Position numbers and translations under genes: made by a program
Notes under the pieces: generated by a model
Told to the model about the DNA's origin: nothing
The model's input: the letters and a program-made list of their open reading frames with translations, nothing else
Databases searched by the model: none
In this document: positions 1 through 8,643 of the stretch, piece after piece
Numbering within the stretch: position 1 is the first letter of the stretch
How the letters are laid out: each line of letters begins with the position of its first letter
Origin: Candidatus Limnocylindrales bacterium
GTDB taxonomy: Bacteria > Chloroflexota > Limnocylindria > Limnocylindrales > CSP1-4
Reading direction: 5' to 3'
Assembly (NCBI GenBank): GCA_052038965.1
Contig: JBQGDI010000058.1
Location: 4,248 to 68,247 of the forward strand
DNA: 64,000 bases

Positions 1-52
1 GTGGGGGGCCTGGTGGCGACCAGGGAGCCCACGGGGCGGCGCGCGGGTGCGG

Positions 53-313
53 CTAGCGGACTTCGGGTGCGACCCGGTCGGCCTCGGCCTCGGATGCGGA
101 CGCCTCGACGCGACCGAGGTCCATCCGGAAGGGCAGGCCGAGATGGTCGACGCCATCCTCGGCAAGGTCCGCCTCGTAGGTGCAGACGCACGGTCCGCCC
201 TGCGCGCAGCCCGCGCAGCAGTAGGTCTCGTCCATCCGGTACACCGGCCGGCTGGTGAGGAGCGTCTCGCACGAGGCGCAGTAGCCTCGGCGGGGGCTCG
301 AGTACGTTCGCAT
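53..313 (-). CDS. Small Cys-rich metal-binding protein with a YHS/TRASH-like motif (86 aa)
   Basis: Internal ATG at 313 within ORF 53..556, preceded by GGAGG at 6 nt spacing. Translation MRTYSSPRRGYCASCETLL...YCCAGCAQGGPCVC has a CxxC...YCCxxC arrangement resembling YHS/TRASH metal-binding domains. Lies 47 nt downstream of gdh on the same strand. Confidence 0.5.
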   Translation of the reverse strand: MRTYSSPRRGYCASCETLLTSRPVYRMDETYCCAGCAQGGPCVCTYEADLAEDGVDHLGLPFRMDLGRVEASASEAEADRVAPEVR

Positions 314-360
314 GGGATGCCTCCTCGGTCCTGTGATGAGCGTCCGGTCGAGTTCGATGG

Positions 361-1686
361 CTAGGGGTAGAAGCCCCGCAGGCGCGTGGCGGTGGCGACG
401 CGCTCCACGGCGATGGCATGGGCGGCGAGCCGCGGCGGGATGTTGTCGGCCCGGGATCGCTGGGCGACCTCGTGGGCCGCCGCGAGGATCTGGTGTCGCA
501 GCCGGAGGTTGACCTCGTCGCGGGTCCAGGCCAGGGCGGCCCGGTTCTGGGCCCACTCGAAGTAGCTGACGATCACACCGCCGGCGTTGCAGAGGATGTC
601 GGGGATGACCGTCACGCCGTGCTCCTGGAGGATCGGGTCGGCGGCCGGATCGGTCGGCCCGTTCGCGCCCTCGGCGAGGATGCGGGCGCGCACTCGCCCG
701 GCGTTTGCGGCGGTGATCTGGCCCTCAAGCGCGGCCAGGACGAGAATGTCGACGTCGAGGCCGAACAGGGTCTCGTTGTCGATCGGACGCGTGCCCGCGG
801 CGCCGGCCACGGTGCCGTGCTCCTCGAACCGCCGTCGCAGGTCCGTGACGTTGAGCCCGGCCGGGTCGTGGACCCCGCCCCCGATGTCGGTGATCGCGAC
901 GATCCGGGCGCCGGCCTCGTGCAGCAGGCGGGCTGCCGCCTCGCCGACGTTGCCGAAGCCCTGGACGGCCACGGTCGCTCCGGCGAGGTCGAGGCCGATG
1001 CGCCGGGCAGCCTCCTCGATCGTGTAGACGACCCCTTGGCCGGTGGCGTCGGCTCGTCCGGCCGAGCCGCCGATGGACAGCGGCTTGCCGGTCACGACGC
1101 CCGGCACCGAGTAGCCCTTGTGCATCGAGATCGTGTCCATGAACCAGGCCATGACCTGGGCATTCGTCCCGACGTCGGGCGCGGGGATGTCCGAGTCCGG
1201 GCCGACGAGCGGCTCGAGCTCGGTCGCGAAGCGGCGAGTGAGGGCCTCGAGCTCCTTGGCGCTCATCGCACCCGGGTCGCAGGTCACGCCGCCCTTCGCT
1301 CCCCCGAACGGGACGTTCACGAGCGCGCACTTCCAGGTCATCCACATCGCCAGGGCGCGCACGTCGTCGAGATCGGCGTTGGGATGGAAGCGCATCCCGC
1401 CCTTGGCGGGCCCACGGGCCGTGTTGTGCTGGACGCGGAAGCCGGTGAACAGGCGCACCGATCCGTCGTCGAGCTTCACCGGGAACCGGGCAACGTACTC
1501 GCGATGCGGCACGCGCAGGACGTCGCGCAGCTCGGCATCGAGGCCGAGGTGCGACGCCGCGGCATCGAACTGGGCGAGTGCGGCCGCGTAGGCCCGCTGG
1601 CCGGCCGTGGCCGGAGCGGCCGGCACCGCGCCTGGTGCAAGGGGCGGCGGCGCGGGGGCCGGGTGCGCCGCCGTATCGATCGTCAC
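361..1686 (-). CDS. gdhA: Glu/Leu/Phe/Val-family NAD(P)-dependent glutamate dehydrogenase
   Basis: 441-aa ORF with the GGAKGG nucleotide/active-site region and the Rossmann motif GFGNVG of Glu/Leu/Phe/Val dehydrogenases. Confidence 0.9.
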   Translation of the reverse strand: MTIDTAAHPAPAPPPLAPGAVPAAPATAGQRAYAAALAQFDAAASHLGLDAELRDVLRVPHREYVARFPVKLDDGSVRLFTGFRVQHNTARGPAKGGMRFHPNADLDDVRALAMWMTWKCALVNVPFGGAKGGVTCDPGAMSAKELEALTRRFATELEPLVGPDSDIPAPDVGTNAQVMAWFMDTISMHKGYSVPGVVTGKPLSIGGSAGRADATGQGVVYTIEEAARRIGLDLAGATVAVQGFGNVGEAAARLLHEAGARIVAITDIGGGVHDPAGLNVTDLRRRFEEHGTVAGAAGTRPIDNETLFGLDVDILVLAALEGQITAANAGRVRARILAEGANGPTDPAADPILQEHGVTVIPDILCNAGGVIVSYFEWAQNRAALAWTRDEVNLRLRHQILAAAHEVAQRSRADNIPPRLAAHAIAVERVATATRLRGFYP

Positions 1687-1882
1687 GTCGTGGGTCCTCC
1701 AGGGTGGTGAAGGGATCCCACACAGCCTCCGACGCGGCCGGGAACATCACGGGGGCGCACCGTGAACCCGGCGTGAACGTTGGACCACGGCCGTTCATCG
1801 GCCGTTCACAGTCATTTCCCGGTCGGTCACGGAAGGGCGCTGACGAGCCCGTCGCGCCGGACCCTGCCGATATGCTCTGGCC

Positions 1883-2920
1883 ATGTCCACCACGGGCGCG
1901 TCGCCGTCAGGGCCGCCGCTGCTCGATCCGTCGGCATCGGCGGCCGTGGGCCGCTCTCCCCTGCTCCACGCCGCGCTCGCGCTGGTGCCGCCGGAGGCGA
2001 CGGCGGTCGAGCTTGCCACCCGCTTTGCGGCGACCGGCGCGGAGGTCGAGCTGACGATGGCCGCGAGGCTGCTGACCGAGCTGGCGGAGCTGGGCCTCGT
2101 CCGCGTCAGTCGGCGCGAGTCAGATGGCTCGCGATACGTCGCGACGTCGCTCGGCCAGCGGAGCATCGAGGCCGGCGTCCACGGCGACGCGGCCGTGCCG
2201 CTCGAGGAGCTGGAGCGCCTCCGAACCGACCTCCTGTCGACCATCGCCCACGAGCTCCGGACGCCGCTCACCGCGGTCCGGACGAGCGTCGGCCTGCTCC
2301 TCGATCCGGGCGCCGAGCCGACGCCCGAGCAGCACCGCAGCCTGCTCGAATCCATCGAGCGGAACGCGGACCGGATGCAGCGCCTGATCGCCGACATCCT
2401 CGAGCTGTCGCGCTTCCGGTCCGGGAGCGTCGCCCTCCAGCTCCGACGATTCCGCGCCACGGCGCTCGCGGAGTCGGCCATCGCGCTCGTCGAGCCGCTG
2501 GCCGCGAAGCGAGGCCAACGGATCGTGCTGTCGGCCCGGGTCAGCGAGGGGCACGAGGTGTTCGGCGACCGGCGGCGACTGGAGCAGGCACTGCTGAACC
2601 TGCTCGCCAACGCCCTCCGGTTCTCGGCCGACGGCGCCGACGTCCGGGTCGGCGTCGAGGAGCGGGGTGACACGACAGCCTGGATCGTGGCCGACGATGG
2701 CACGGGCATCAGCGAGGCCGACCAGGCCCGGCTGTTCGAGCGGTTCTTCGTCGGTCGCAGCGATCGCTCGGGGCCGCGCGAAGGCGTCGGCCTGGGGCTC
2801 CCGACGGCCCTCGCCATCGCCCAGGCCCATGGCGGTGCGATCGAGGTCGCGAGCGTGCTCGGGATCGGGAGCACGTTCGCGCTCGTCGTCCCGACCGCCG
2901 GACCGGAGGACGAGCCGTGA
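1883..2920 (+). CDS. Cytoplasmic sensor histidine kinase (HisKA + HATPase_c)
   Basis: H-box HELRTPLTAVRTS and the N/G1/G2 ATP-binding boxes. No TM segments. ATGA overlap with the downstream response regulator. Confidence 0.85.
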   Translation: MSTTGASPSGPPLLDPSASAAVGRSPLLHAALALVPPEATAVELATRFAATGAEVELTMAARLLTELAELGLVRVSRRESDGSRYVATSLGQRSIEAGVHGDAAVPLEELERLRTDLLSTIAHELRTPLTAVRTSVGLLLDPGAEPTPEQHRSLLESIERNADRMQRLIADILELSRFRSGSVALQLRRFRATALAESAIALVEPLAAKRGQRIVLSARVSEGHEVFGDRRRLEQALLNLLANALRFSADGADVRVGVEERGDTTAWIVADDGTGISEADQARLFERFFVGRSDRSGPREGVGLGLPTALAIAQAHGGAIEVASVLGIGSTFALVVPTAGPEDEP

Positions 2921-3630
2921 TGAAGATCCTCGTCGTCGACGACGCCCCGGACGTCGTGGAATCGGTGCGCCTCGGCTTCGCCCTCCAATGGCGCGAGGTC
3001 GACGTCCTGGGTGCAGGTTCCGGGGAGGAGGCCCTCGACCTCGTCGAGCGCGAGACGCCCGACGTCGTGCTGCTCGACGTCGGCCTACCCGACCGGGACG
3101 GCTTCGACGTCCTGCGCGAGCTCCGCACGTTCTCGGACGTGCCGATCGTCATGCTCACCGCGCGCGACGACGCCATGGACAAGGTCAAGGGCCTCGAGCT
3201 CGGCGCCGATGATTACGTGACCAAGCCCTTCAACCACCTGGAGCTCATGGCCCGCGTCAGGGCGGTGCTGCGACGGCATGACATGCCACCGCCCGCGACC
3301 CGGGCGCCGTCGTTGCGCTCGGGCGACCTGGAGATCGACTTCGCCCGCCAGGAGGTCAGGATCAAGGGCGAGCGCGTCGAGCTGACGCCCACGGAATACA
3401 AGCTCCTGTACCACCTGGCCAGGAACGCCGGCCACGTGCTGCAGCACGGGACGCTCCTGGCCAAGGTCTGGGGTCGGGAATACGTCGACGAGACCGACTA
3501 CGTCCGGGTCTACGTCCGGCGGCTTCGCGAGAAGCTCGGTGACGACCCGGAGCACCCCCGGTACATCCGGACAGAGCGCCGGCTCGGCTATCGCTTCCTG
3601 AGGCCGGAGGAGGCGCGCGAGCCCTCCTAG
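2917..3630 (+). CDS. OmpR/PhoB-family response regulator
   Basis: Receiver domain (VVDD...LLDVGLPDRDG...K) plus C-terminal winged-helix domain (LTPTEYKLLYHLARNAG...GYRF). Confidence 0.9.
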   Translation: MMKILVVDDAPDVVESVRLGFALQWREVDVLGAGSGEEALDLVERETPDVVLLDVGLPDRDGFDVLRELRTFSDVPIVMLTARDDAMDKVKGLELGADDYVTKPFNHLELMARVRAVLRRHDMPPPATRAPSLRSGDLEIDFARQEVRIKGERVELTPTEYKLLYHLARNAGHVLQHGTLLAKVWGREYVDETDYVRVYVRRLREKLGDDPEHPRYIRTERRLGYRFLRPEEAREPS

Positions 3631-3631
3631 G

Positions 3632-4237
3632 GTGCCCGCTTCCGGGACCCGCCCGGCGTGCCATCCTGTGGCCGTGGACCGGATCGGCCGCATCGAGGTC
3701 ATCGCCGGCCCGATGTTCGCGGGCAAGACCGAGGAGCTGCTCCGGCGGGTCCGGAGGGCCACCATCGCCGGCCGTCACGTGACCGTCGTCGGTCACGCGC
3801 TGGACACCCGACGCGGTCCGGACCGCGTGGCCTCGCATGCCGGGCTCGAGCATCCGTCGGTCGCCGTCGAGTCTCTCGCCGAGATCGAGACCGTCGTGCC
3901 CGGGGATGCGGAGATCGTCGCGATCGACGAGGCCCAGTTCTTCGGGCCCGGGCTCGTGGCGATCGCGACCCGCCTGGCCGCGCGCGGCCTGATCGTGATC
4001 GTGGCCGGTCTCGACGTCACGTTCGACGGACGACCGTTCGAGCCGCTGCCCTCGCTCATGGCCCTCGCCGAGCGTGTCGAGAAGCTCACCGCGATCTGCA
4101 GCGCCTGCGGCGAAGAAGCCGCGTTCCACGTCCGCCTGGCGACGTCGGCTTCCGCGCCGGACGATGTCGCTCCGGAGCATGTCGGCGGCGCGGAGCTCTA
4201 CCAGGCGCGCTGCCGCCGGCACGTCGCGTTCGACTGA
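3632..4237 (+). CDS. tdk: Thymidine kinase
   Basis: P-loop GPMFAGKT, the IDEAQFF motif and a C-terminal zinc-ribbon cysteine cluster. GTG start 2 nt after the regulator stop; the true start may be an internal GTG near 3668/3674. Confidence 0.85.
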   Translation: MPASGTRPACHPVAVDRIGRIEVIAGPMFAGKTEELLRRVRRATIAGRHVTVVGHALDTRRGPDRVASHAGLEHPSVAVESLAEIETVVPGDAEIVAIDEAQFFGPGLVAIATRLAARGLIVIVAGLDVTFDGRPFEPLPSLMALAERVEKLTAICSACGEEAAFHVRLATSASAPDDVAPEHVGGAELYQARCRRHVAFD

Positions 4238-4275
4238 CGCCGCTCGCTCCGGGACGGGCCCGCGGATCCTGGCGG

Positions 4276-5271
4276 TCAGGCCCGAGTGGCGCGCCCCGCC
4301 GCGCGAGCGGCCGTGGGAAGCTCGGGACAGTCCTCGATCGGCAGGCATTCCGGGGCGCTCGTCGCGGTCGACCGCCCGCGGCGGGTGGGCATGAACGCGC
4401 CGACGTAGGTGCCCAGGATGGCGACCGCCGAGCCGGCGAGGAACGGGACCGTGACCGGTTCGGACAGTAGGACTGCGGCGATCGGCAGCGTGACGAGCGG
4501 CATCAGCAGCGTCGTGTACGAGACGGCAGAGGCGGTCCAGCGGCGGAGCGCGAACAGGTACAGGCCGAACAGCGCGATCGAGCCGAGCACCACGAGATAG
4601 GCCAGCGCGACCCAGGTCGAGGCCTGTGACGGGACGTGCCAGGTTTCCCCGGTGACGAGCGACGCCGTCAACAGGACGGCGCCGCCGCTGAGCATCGCGA
4701 CGCCGTTCGTCGCGTAGGGATCGGCGCGCGGGATCGACTTCACCACGATCGCGCTCTCGGCGATGAACAGCGTGCCCGCGATGATCAGAAGCATCGAGCC
4801 CAGCGGGACGTCCGAGTCGAGCTGGTCGAACACGACCAGGATCACGCCGCCGAGCGAGATCAGGGCGCCGACGAGGCCCTGGATCCGGAAGCGCTCCTGG
4901 CGCTGCAGGATCGCCAGCGCGAACGTCTCCAGTGGAACCAGCGAGATGAACACCATGCCCGTCGCCGCCGGGACGTCGCGCAACGCCGGGTAGATGAGTC
5001 CATAGCTGGCGCTGAAGCCCAGGAGCCCGTAGAGCACGGCGCCGCGAAGGCTCGCGCCGCGCGGGAACGCGCGACGGCCCACGAGCACCACGGCCGCGAG
5101 CAGCAGGCCGGCCGCCACGAAGCGCGAACCGGCACTCCAGAAGGGGTCCAGCTCCCGAACCGTGGCCTTGACCGCGATCGCGTTGAGGCCGCCGAGGACG
5201 GCCACGGCGATGAACGCCCCGAATGCCTGGAGGTCGGGGGGTCCATGCCGCTCGGCGGTGGAGCTCGACAT
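4276..5271 (-). CDS. EamA/DMT-family transporter (10-TM drug/metabolite exporter)
   Basis: Two EamA-like hydrophobic repeats. Start chosen at the ATG at 5271 (MSSSTAERH...); the ORF extends to 5343. Confidence 0.8.
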   Translation of the reverse strand: MSSSTAERHGPPDLQAFGAFIAVAVLGGLNAIAVKATVRELDPFWSAGSRFVAAGLLLAAVVLVGRRAFPRGASLRGAVLYGLLGFSASYGLIYPALRDVPAATGMVFISLVPLETFALAILQRQERFRIQGLVGALISLGGVILVVFDQLDSDVPLGSMLLIIAGTLFIAESAIVVKSIPRADPYATNGVAMLSGGAVLLTASLVTGETWHVPSQASTWVALAYLVVLGSIALFGLYLFALRRWTASAVSYTTLLMPLVTLPIAAVLLSEPVTVPFLAGSAVAILGTYVGAFMPTRRGRSTATSAPECLPIEDCPELPTAARAAGRATRA

Positions 5272-5376
5272 GGCGGGAGTGTCGGGATCGACGCCCCGGC
5301 GCGCAAGCCCGGCGGACGTGACATCTCGAGCCAAACATGACACTGCATGGCAGGAATCGGACTATCCTTCGCGCAC

Positions 5377-6345
5377 ATGCGCGCATCGCGGCTCGTGAGC
5401 CTGCTGCTCCTCCTCCAGAACCGTGGCCAGCTGACGGCCGCAGAGATCGCCCGCGAGCTCGAGGTCTCCGAGCGAACGGTCCACCGCGATGTCGACGCGC
5501 TCGCCTCGTCCGGCATCCCGATCTACGCGGAGCGCGGGCCGCACGGCGGGGTCCGGCTCGTCGAGGGCTACCGAACGCGCCTGACCGGCATGACGGGCGA
5601 GGAGGCCGGCGCGCTGTTCCTGTCTGGCCTGCCCGGCCCGGCCGCCGAGCTGGGCCTCGGGACGGTCATGACCGCGGCCCGCCTCCGAGTCCTGGCAGCG
5701 CTCCCGAGCGAGCTCCGGGCTCGCGCGACCAGGCTCGTCGAGCGCTTCTACCTGGACGCGGCCGGGTGGTTCCGCCCTGGCGAGGCCGTCCCGCACCTGC
5801 CGAACCTCGCCGAAGCGGTCTGGGGGAACCGCCGCGCCCGGATGGTGTACGACCGCGGCGACGAGCTCGTCGAGCGCGTCGTGGAGCCGCTGGGCGTCGT
5901 GCTGAAGGGCGGCACCTGGTACCTGGTGGCGCGCCGCGACGGGGAGGTGCGAACGTATCGGGTCGCACGGATCCAGGCCCTCGAGCTACTCGACCAGCAG
6001 TTCGAGCGGCCGGCGGGCTTCGACCTGGCGTCGTACTGGCTCGAATCGAGCGCCGCCTACGAGCGCGAGGTCCCGCGCCTCGAGGTCGAGGTGCGCGTCG
6101 ACCCGGCGGCGCTGGACGAGCTGCGCGATCACATCGGTGACCAGGCCTTCAGCGGTGCCGAGCGGCTCGACACCCCGGACCCGGAGGGGTGGGTCCGCCT
6201 CCGGGTCCGGATGACCTACCCGCGGGAGGCGCCGGCTCGCCTGCTCGGCATGGGTTCACGCCTGGAGGTCATCGGCCCGCGGGACGTGCGTCAGCGGGTC
6301 GTGGCGCTCGCCCGCGGGGCCCTGGCTCGCCACGGCTTCGCATAG
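5377..6345 (+). CDS. YafY-family transcriptional regulator (HTH + WYL domain)
   Basis: N-terminus MRASRLVSLLLLLQNRGQLTAAEIARELEVSERTVHRDVDAL is the classic YafY HTH. A WYL-like C-terminal half follows. Divergent from the EamA transporter gene. Confidence 0.8.
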   Translation: MRASRLVSLLLLLQNRGQLTAAEIARELEVSERTVHRDVDALASSGIPIYAERGPHGGVRLVEGYRTRLTGMTGEEAGALFLSGLPGPAAELGLGTVMTAARLRVLAALPSELRARATRLVERFYLDAAGWFRPGEAVPHLPNLAEAVWGNRRARMVYDRGDELVERVVEPLGVVLKGGTWYLVARRDGEVRTYRVARIQALELLDQQFERPAGFDLASYWLESSAAYEREVPRLEVEVRVDPAALDELRDHIGDQAFSGAERLDTPDPEGWVRLRVRMTYPREAPARLLGMGSRLEVIGPRDVRQRVVALARGALARHGFA

Positions 6346-6482
6346 GCCTCACCGTCGTCGCACTCCGAATCGGGATCCGGCCCCGCCGAATCGCGCTGCA
6401 GGAGCCGTCGCACTCGAAGCTCCCGCTGGATCTCGCGCTCCCGCTCATCGGCGAGCAGGCGGAGAAAGTCGATCGAGAACAT
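6291..6482 (-). CDS. Small hypothetical protein (63 aa) with a strong RBS
   Basis: AGGAGGGAAC 7 nt upstream of ATG 6482. The C-terminus overlaps the convergent yafY gene by about 55 nt. The SD lies inside an 8-bp inverted repeat (see regulatory feature 6486..6512). Confidence 0.45.
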   Translation of the reverse strand: MFSIDFLRLLADEREREIQRELRVRRLLQRDSAGPDPDSECDDGEAYAKPWRARAPRASATTR

Positions 6483-6485
6483 CCT

Positions 6486-6512
6486 GTTCCCTCCTGAGCG
6501 TCCAGAGGGAAC
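6486..6512. promoter_or_regulatory. SD-sequestering hairpin: perfect 8-bp inverted repeat GTTCCCTC-N11-GAGGGAAC covering the RBS of sORF 6291..6482
   Basis: Read directly: gttccctc(6486-6493) ctgagcgtcca gagggaac(6505-6512). On the minus-strand mRNA the GGAGGGAAC Shine-Dalgarno would pair with the upstream GUUCCCUC. Confidence 0.5.
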
Positions 6513-6596
6513 ACACTACGCCCCGAACAGGACAGGTTCTGTCAGGAATATCGCTCGCAGGATGGGACGCGGAACCATCCCGTAGCCCGGCGGGCG

Positions 6597-7853
6597 TCAC
6601 GCGGTGGCGAAGGCCGTCTGCCGGGTCCGCCGCAGCCCGAGGGCCACGAACCCGGCGGCCACGGCCATGAACCCGGCGGCCACGTACGCGATCGCGTAAT
6701 CCCCGGCCCCATCGCGAATGATCCCGGCGACCTGGGCCAGGATCGCCGCGCCGATCATGTGGGCGGCGAAGATCCAGCCGTACACGATGCCGACGTTGTG
6801 CCGCCCGAAGACGTCGGCTGTGAGGGCGACCGTCGGCGGGACGGTGGCGATGTAGTCGAGCCCGAACAGGATGCTGAAGGCCACCAGGCCCAGCGACTCG
6901 TGCAGGAATGGCAGGAACAGCAGGCTGATGCCCCGGAACGTGTAGTAGACGAGCAGCAGCTTCCGAGGGTCGAACCGGTCCGTGAGGAACCCCGAGGCAA
7001 TCGTCCCGAAGAAGTTGAAGACGCCCATCAGGGCCAGCGCGCCGGCGGCGACGCCCTGGGTGAAGCCGTGGTCCACGGCGTGGGCGATGAAATGCTGCCC
7101 GACGACGCCGTTCGAGGTCGCGCCGCAGACGAAGAACGTGCCGGCCAGCAGCCAGAACGCCGGCGTCCGCACGGCTCGCCGCATGATCCCGCGGTCGGCG
7201 CGCACGACCGGCAGGTTCGCATCCGACGGGAGACCGAGCGGTCGGGCCCCGACCGAGGCCGGGCTCTCGCGCAACAGCAGCAGCGCGGGCACCGCGACGG
7301 CGCCGAGGATCACCGCGGCCCCGATGACCGCGAGCCGCCAGCCCTCCGTCTGGCCGACGGCCGCGAAGATCGGGACGAACGCCAGCTGGCCCGCGCTCGT
7401 GGCGGCACCGAAGAGCCCGACCACGAGGCCGCGCCGCGTCACGAACCAGCGGTTCGCGATGATCGGCCCGAGCGAGCTCGCGATCAGCCCGGCGCCGAAG
7501 CCGGCGACGATCCCGAACAGCAGCACGAGCTGCCAGACGTCGGTCGCGACCGACGATAGCCCGAAGCCCGCGGCCGTCAGCACGAGGGCGGCCGCCGTCA
7601 CGCGCCGAACCCCGAACCGATCGATGAGCAGGCCGGAGACCGGGCCGGCCAGGCCGAGCAGCAGCAGCCCCGCGGCGCCGGCGAGCGTGACCTGGCCGAT
7701 CGACCAGCCGGTGTCGTTCCCGATGGGCAGGAGCAGCGCTCCGGGCGCCGATCTCGTGCCCGAGCCGATGAAGATGACCAGGAACGCGACCGCCACGACG
7801 ACCCAGCCGTAGAACAGCCCGCGACCGCGCGCCGCTTCCCTCCCCGCGCCCAT
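6597..7853 (-). CDS. MFS transporter (12 TM)
   Basis: 418 aa with two 6-TM halves and the MFS loop motif region (DRFGVRRV). Confidence 0.85.
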   Translation of the reverse strand: MGAGREAARGRGLFYGWVVVAVAFLVIFIGSGTRSAPGALLLPIGNDTGWSIGQVTLAGAAGLLLLGLAGPVSGLLIDRFGVRRVTAAALVLTAAGFGLSSVATDVWQLVLLFGIVAGFGAGLIASSLGPIIANRWFVTRRGLVVGLFGAATSAGQLAFVPIFAAVGQTEGWRLAVIGAAVILGAVAVPALLLLRESPASVGARPLGLPSDANLPVVRADRGIMRRAVRTPAFWLLAGTFFVCGATSNGVVGQHFIAHAVDHGFTQGVAAGALALMGVFNFFGTIASGFLTDRFDPRKLLLVYYTFRGISLLFLPFLHESLGLVAFSILFGLDYIATVPPTVALTADVFGRHNVGIVYGWIFAAHMIGAAILAQVAGIIRDGAGDYAIAYVAAGFMAVAAGFVALGLRRTRQTAFATA

Positions 7854-7954
7854 GCGGGCAACGATATCCGGTCACGGCGGATGCGCACCCGCATCCGCGG
7901 CACTCGCGTGGGCGAGCCGGTCGCCACCGCGCGCCGCGCGCGCCGGCTCGCGCC

Positions 7955-8203
7955 TCAGCCGCGTTTCGCGACGTTCGAGTCGGGATCGACCTCGATCTGG
8001 TGCCGGCGCGCCGCGGCCAGGATCTTCTTCCGTGCCCGCTCCTTAGCGGCCTTGCTCTGGAACTCGGTCTGGTTGAACCGAGCCATGGCGTTCCGGACGT
8101 GTGACTCGTCGTGGATCGGCAGATGGCCCTCGCCCTCGTCGTCGACATAGGCGAACTGGTCGTCGCGCAGCCGGTCGCGGGCCTTCTCGGTCAGCTCAGG
8201 CAC
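7955..8203 (-). CDS. Small conserved hypothetical protein (about 82 aa), translationally coupled to the His-rich protein
   Basis: GTG at 8203 preceded by GAGAGGAG, overlapping the upstream stop (GTGCCTGA). The hydrophilic sequence HLPIHDESHVRNAMARFNQTEF looks like a conserved actinobacterial DUF. Confidence 0.55.
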   Translation of the reverse strand: MPELTEKARDRLRDDQFAYVDDEGEGHLPIHDESHVRNAMARFNQTEFQSKAAKERARKKILAAARRHQIEVDPDSNVAKRG

Positions 8204-8495
8204 GACGCGGCTCCTCTCGCTCTGGCGTGGCCGGCGCGTCATGGTCGTGGACGTGGGCCTGGCCGTCGTGGTCGACGTCCTCGTCCTCCCGGCTGCGATC
8301 CTGGTGAGCGTGGATCAGCGGCGCGTGGTTGTGCGCGTGGCTGTGGTACGAGGAGCGGTGCTCGAACTCGCCGAGGGGGCCGCCCCGGTGATGGTGCGAG
8401 ACGTGGTAGTGGTCGTGCGTGTGGATCACGGCCTCGTGAGCGTGCTCGTGCTCGTCGTCGCCAACGACACGTTGCACGACCTGGCTCTGCTGCAT
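8196..8495 (-). CDS. Histidine-rich (about 30 % His) small protein, putative metal-binding/storage
   Basis: HEHAHEAVIHTHDHYHVSHHHRGG...SYHSHAHNHAPLIHAH...DVDHDGQAHVHDHD. 8-nt start/stop overlap with the downstream gene. Confidence 0.55.
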   Translation of the reverse strand: MQQSQVVQRVVGDDEHEHAHEAVIHTHDHYHVSHHHRGGPLGEFEHRSSYHSHAHNHAPLIHAHQDRSREDEDVDHDGQAHVHDHDAPATPEREEPRRA

Positions 8496-8643
8496 GGTCG
8501 GACACCTCCTGTCGCGACCAGCCTTGCACGAGCGGCCGGATCGGCCGGTTGCAGGCCGGCCGGTTCGGTTGCGGGTACCTCTCGACCCCGTAACGAGGCG
8601 GCGAGTGGGTCGATCGACGCCCCGCAGCCCGCGCCGCGATCCG

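Noticed and set aside
53-556. Full 167-aa minus-strand ORF upstream of the Cys-rich protein
   Set aside because: The N-terminal 81 aa are Pro/Arg/Gly-rich and overlap gdh. The internal ATG with GGAGG (313) gives a compact, plausible metal-binding protein.
3362-5386. 674-aa ORF on the minus strand spanning tdk and the EamA gene
   Set aside because: Arg/Gly/Pro-rich low-complexity translation antisense to well-supported genes; a typical GC-rich frame artefact.
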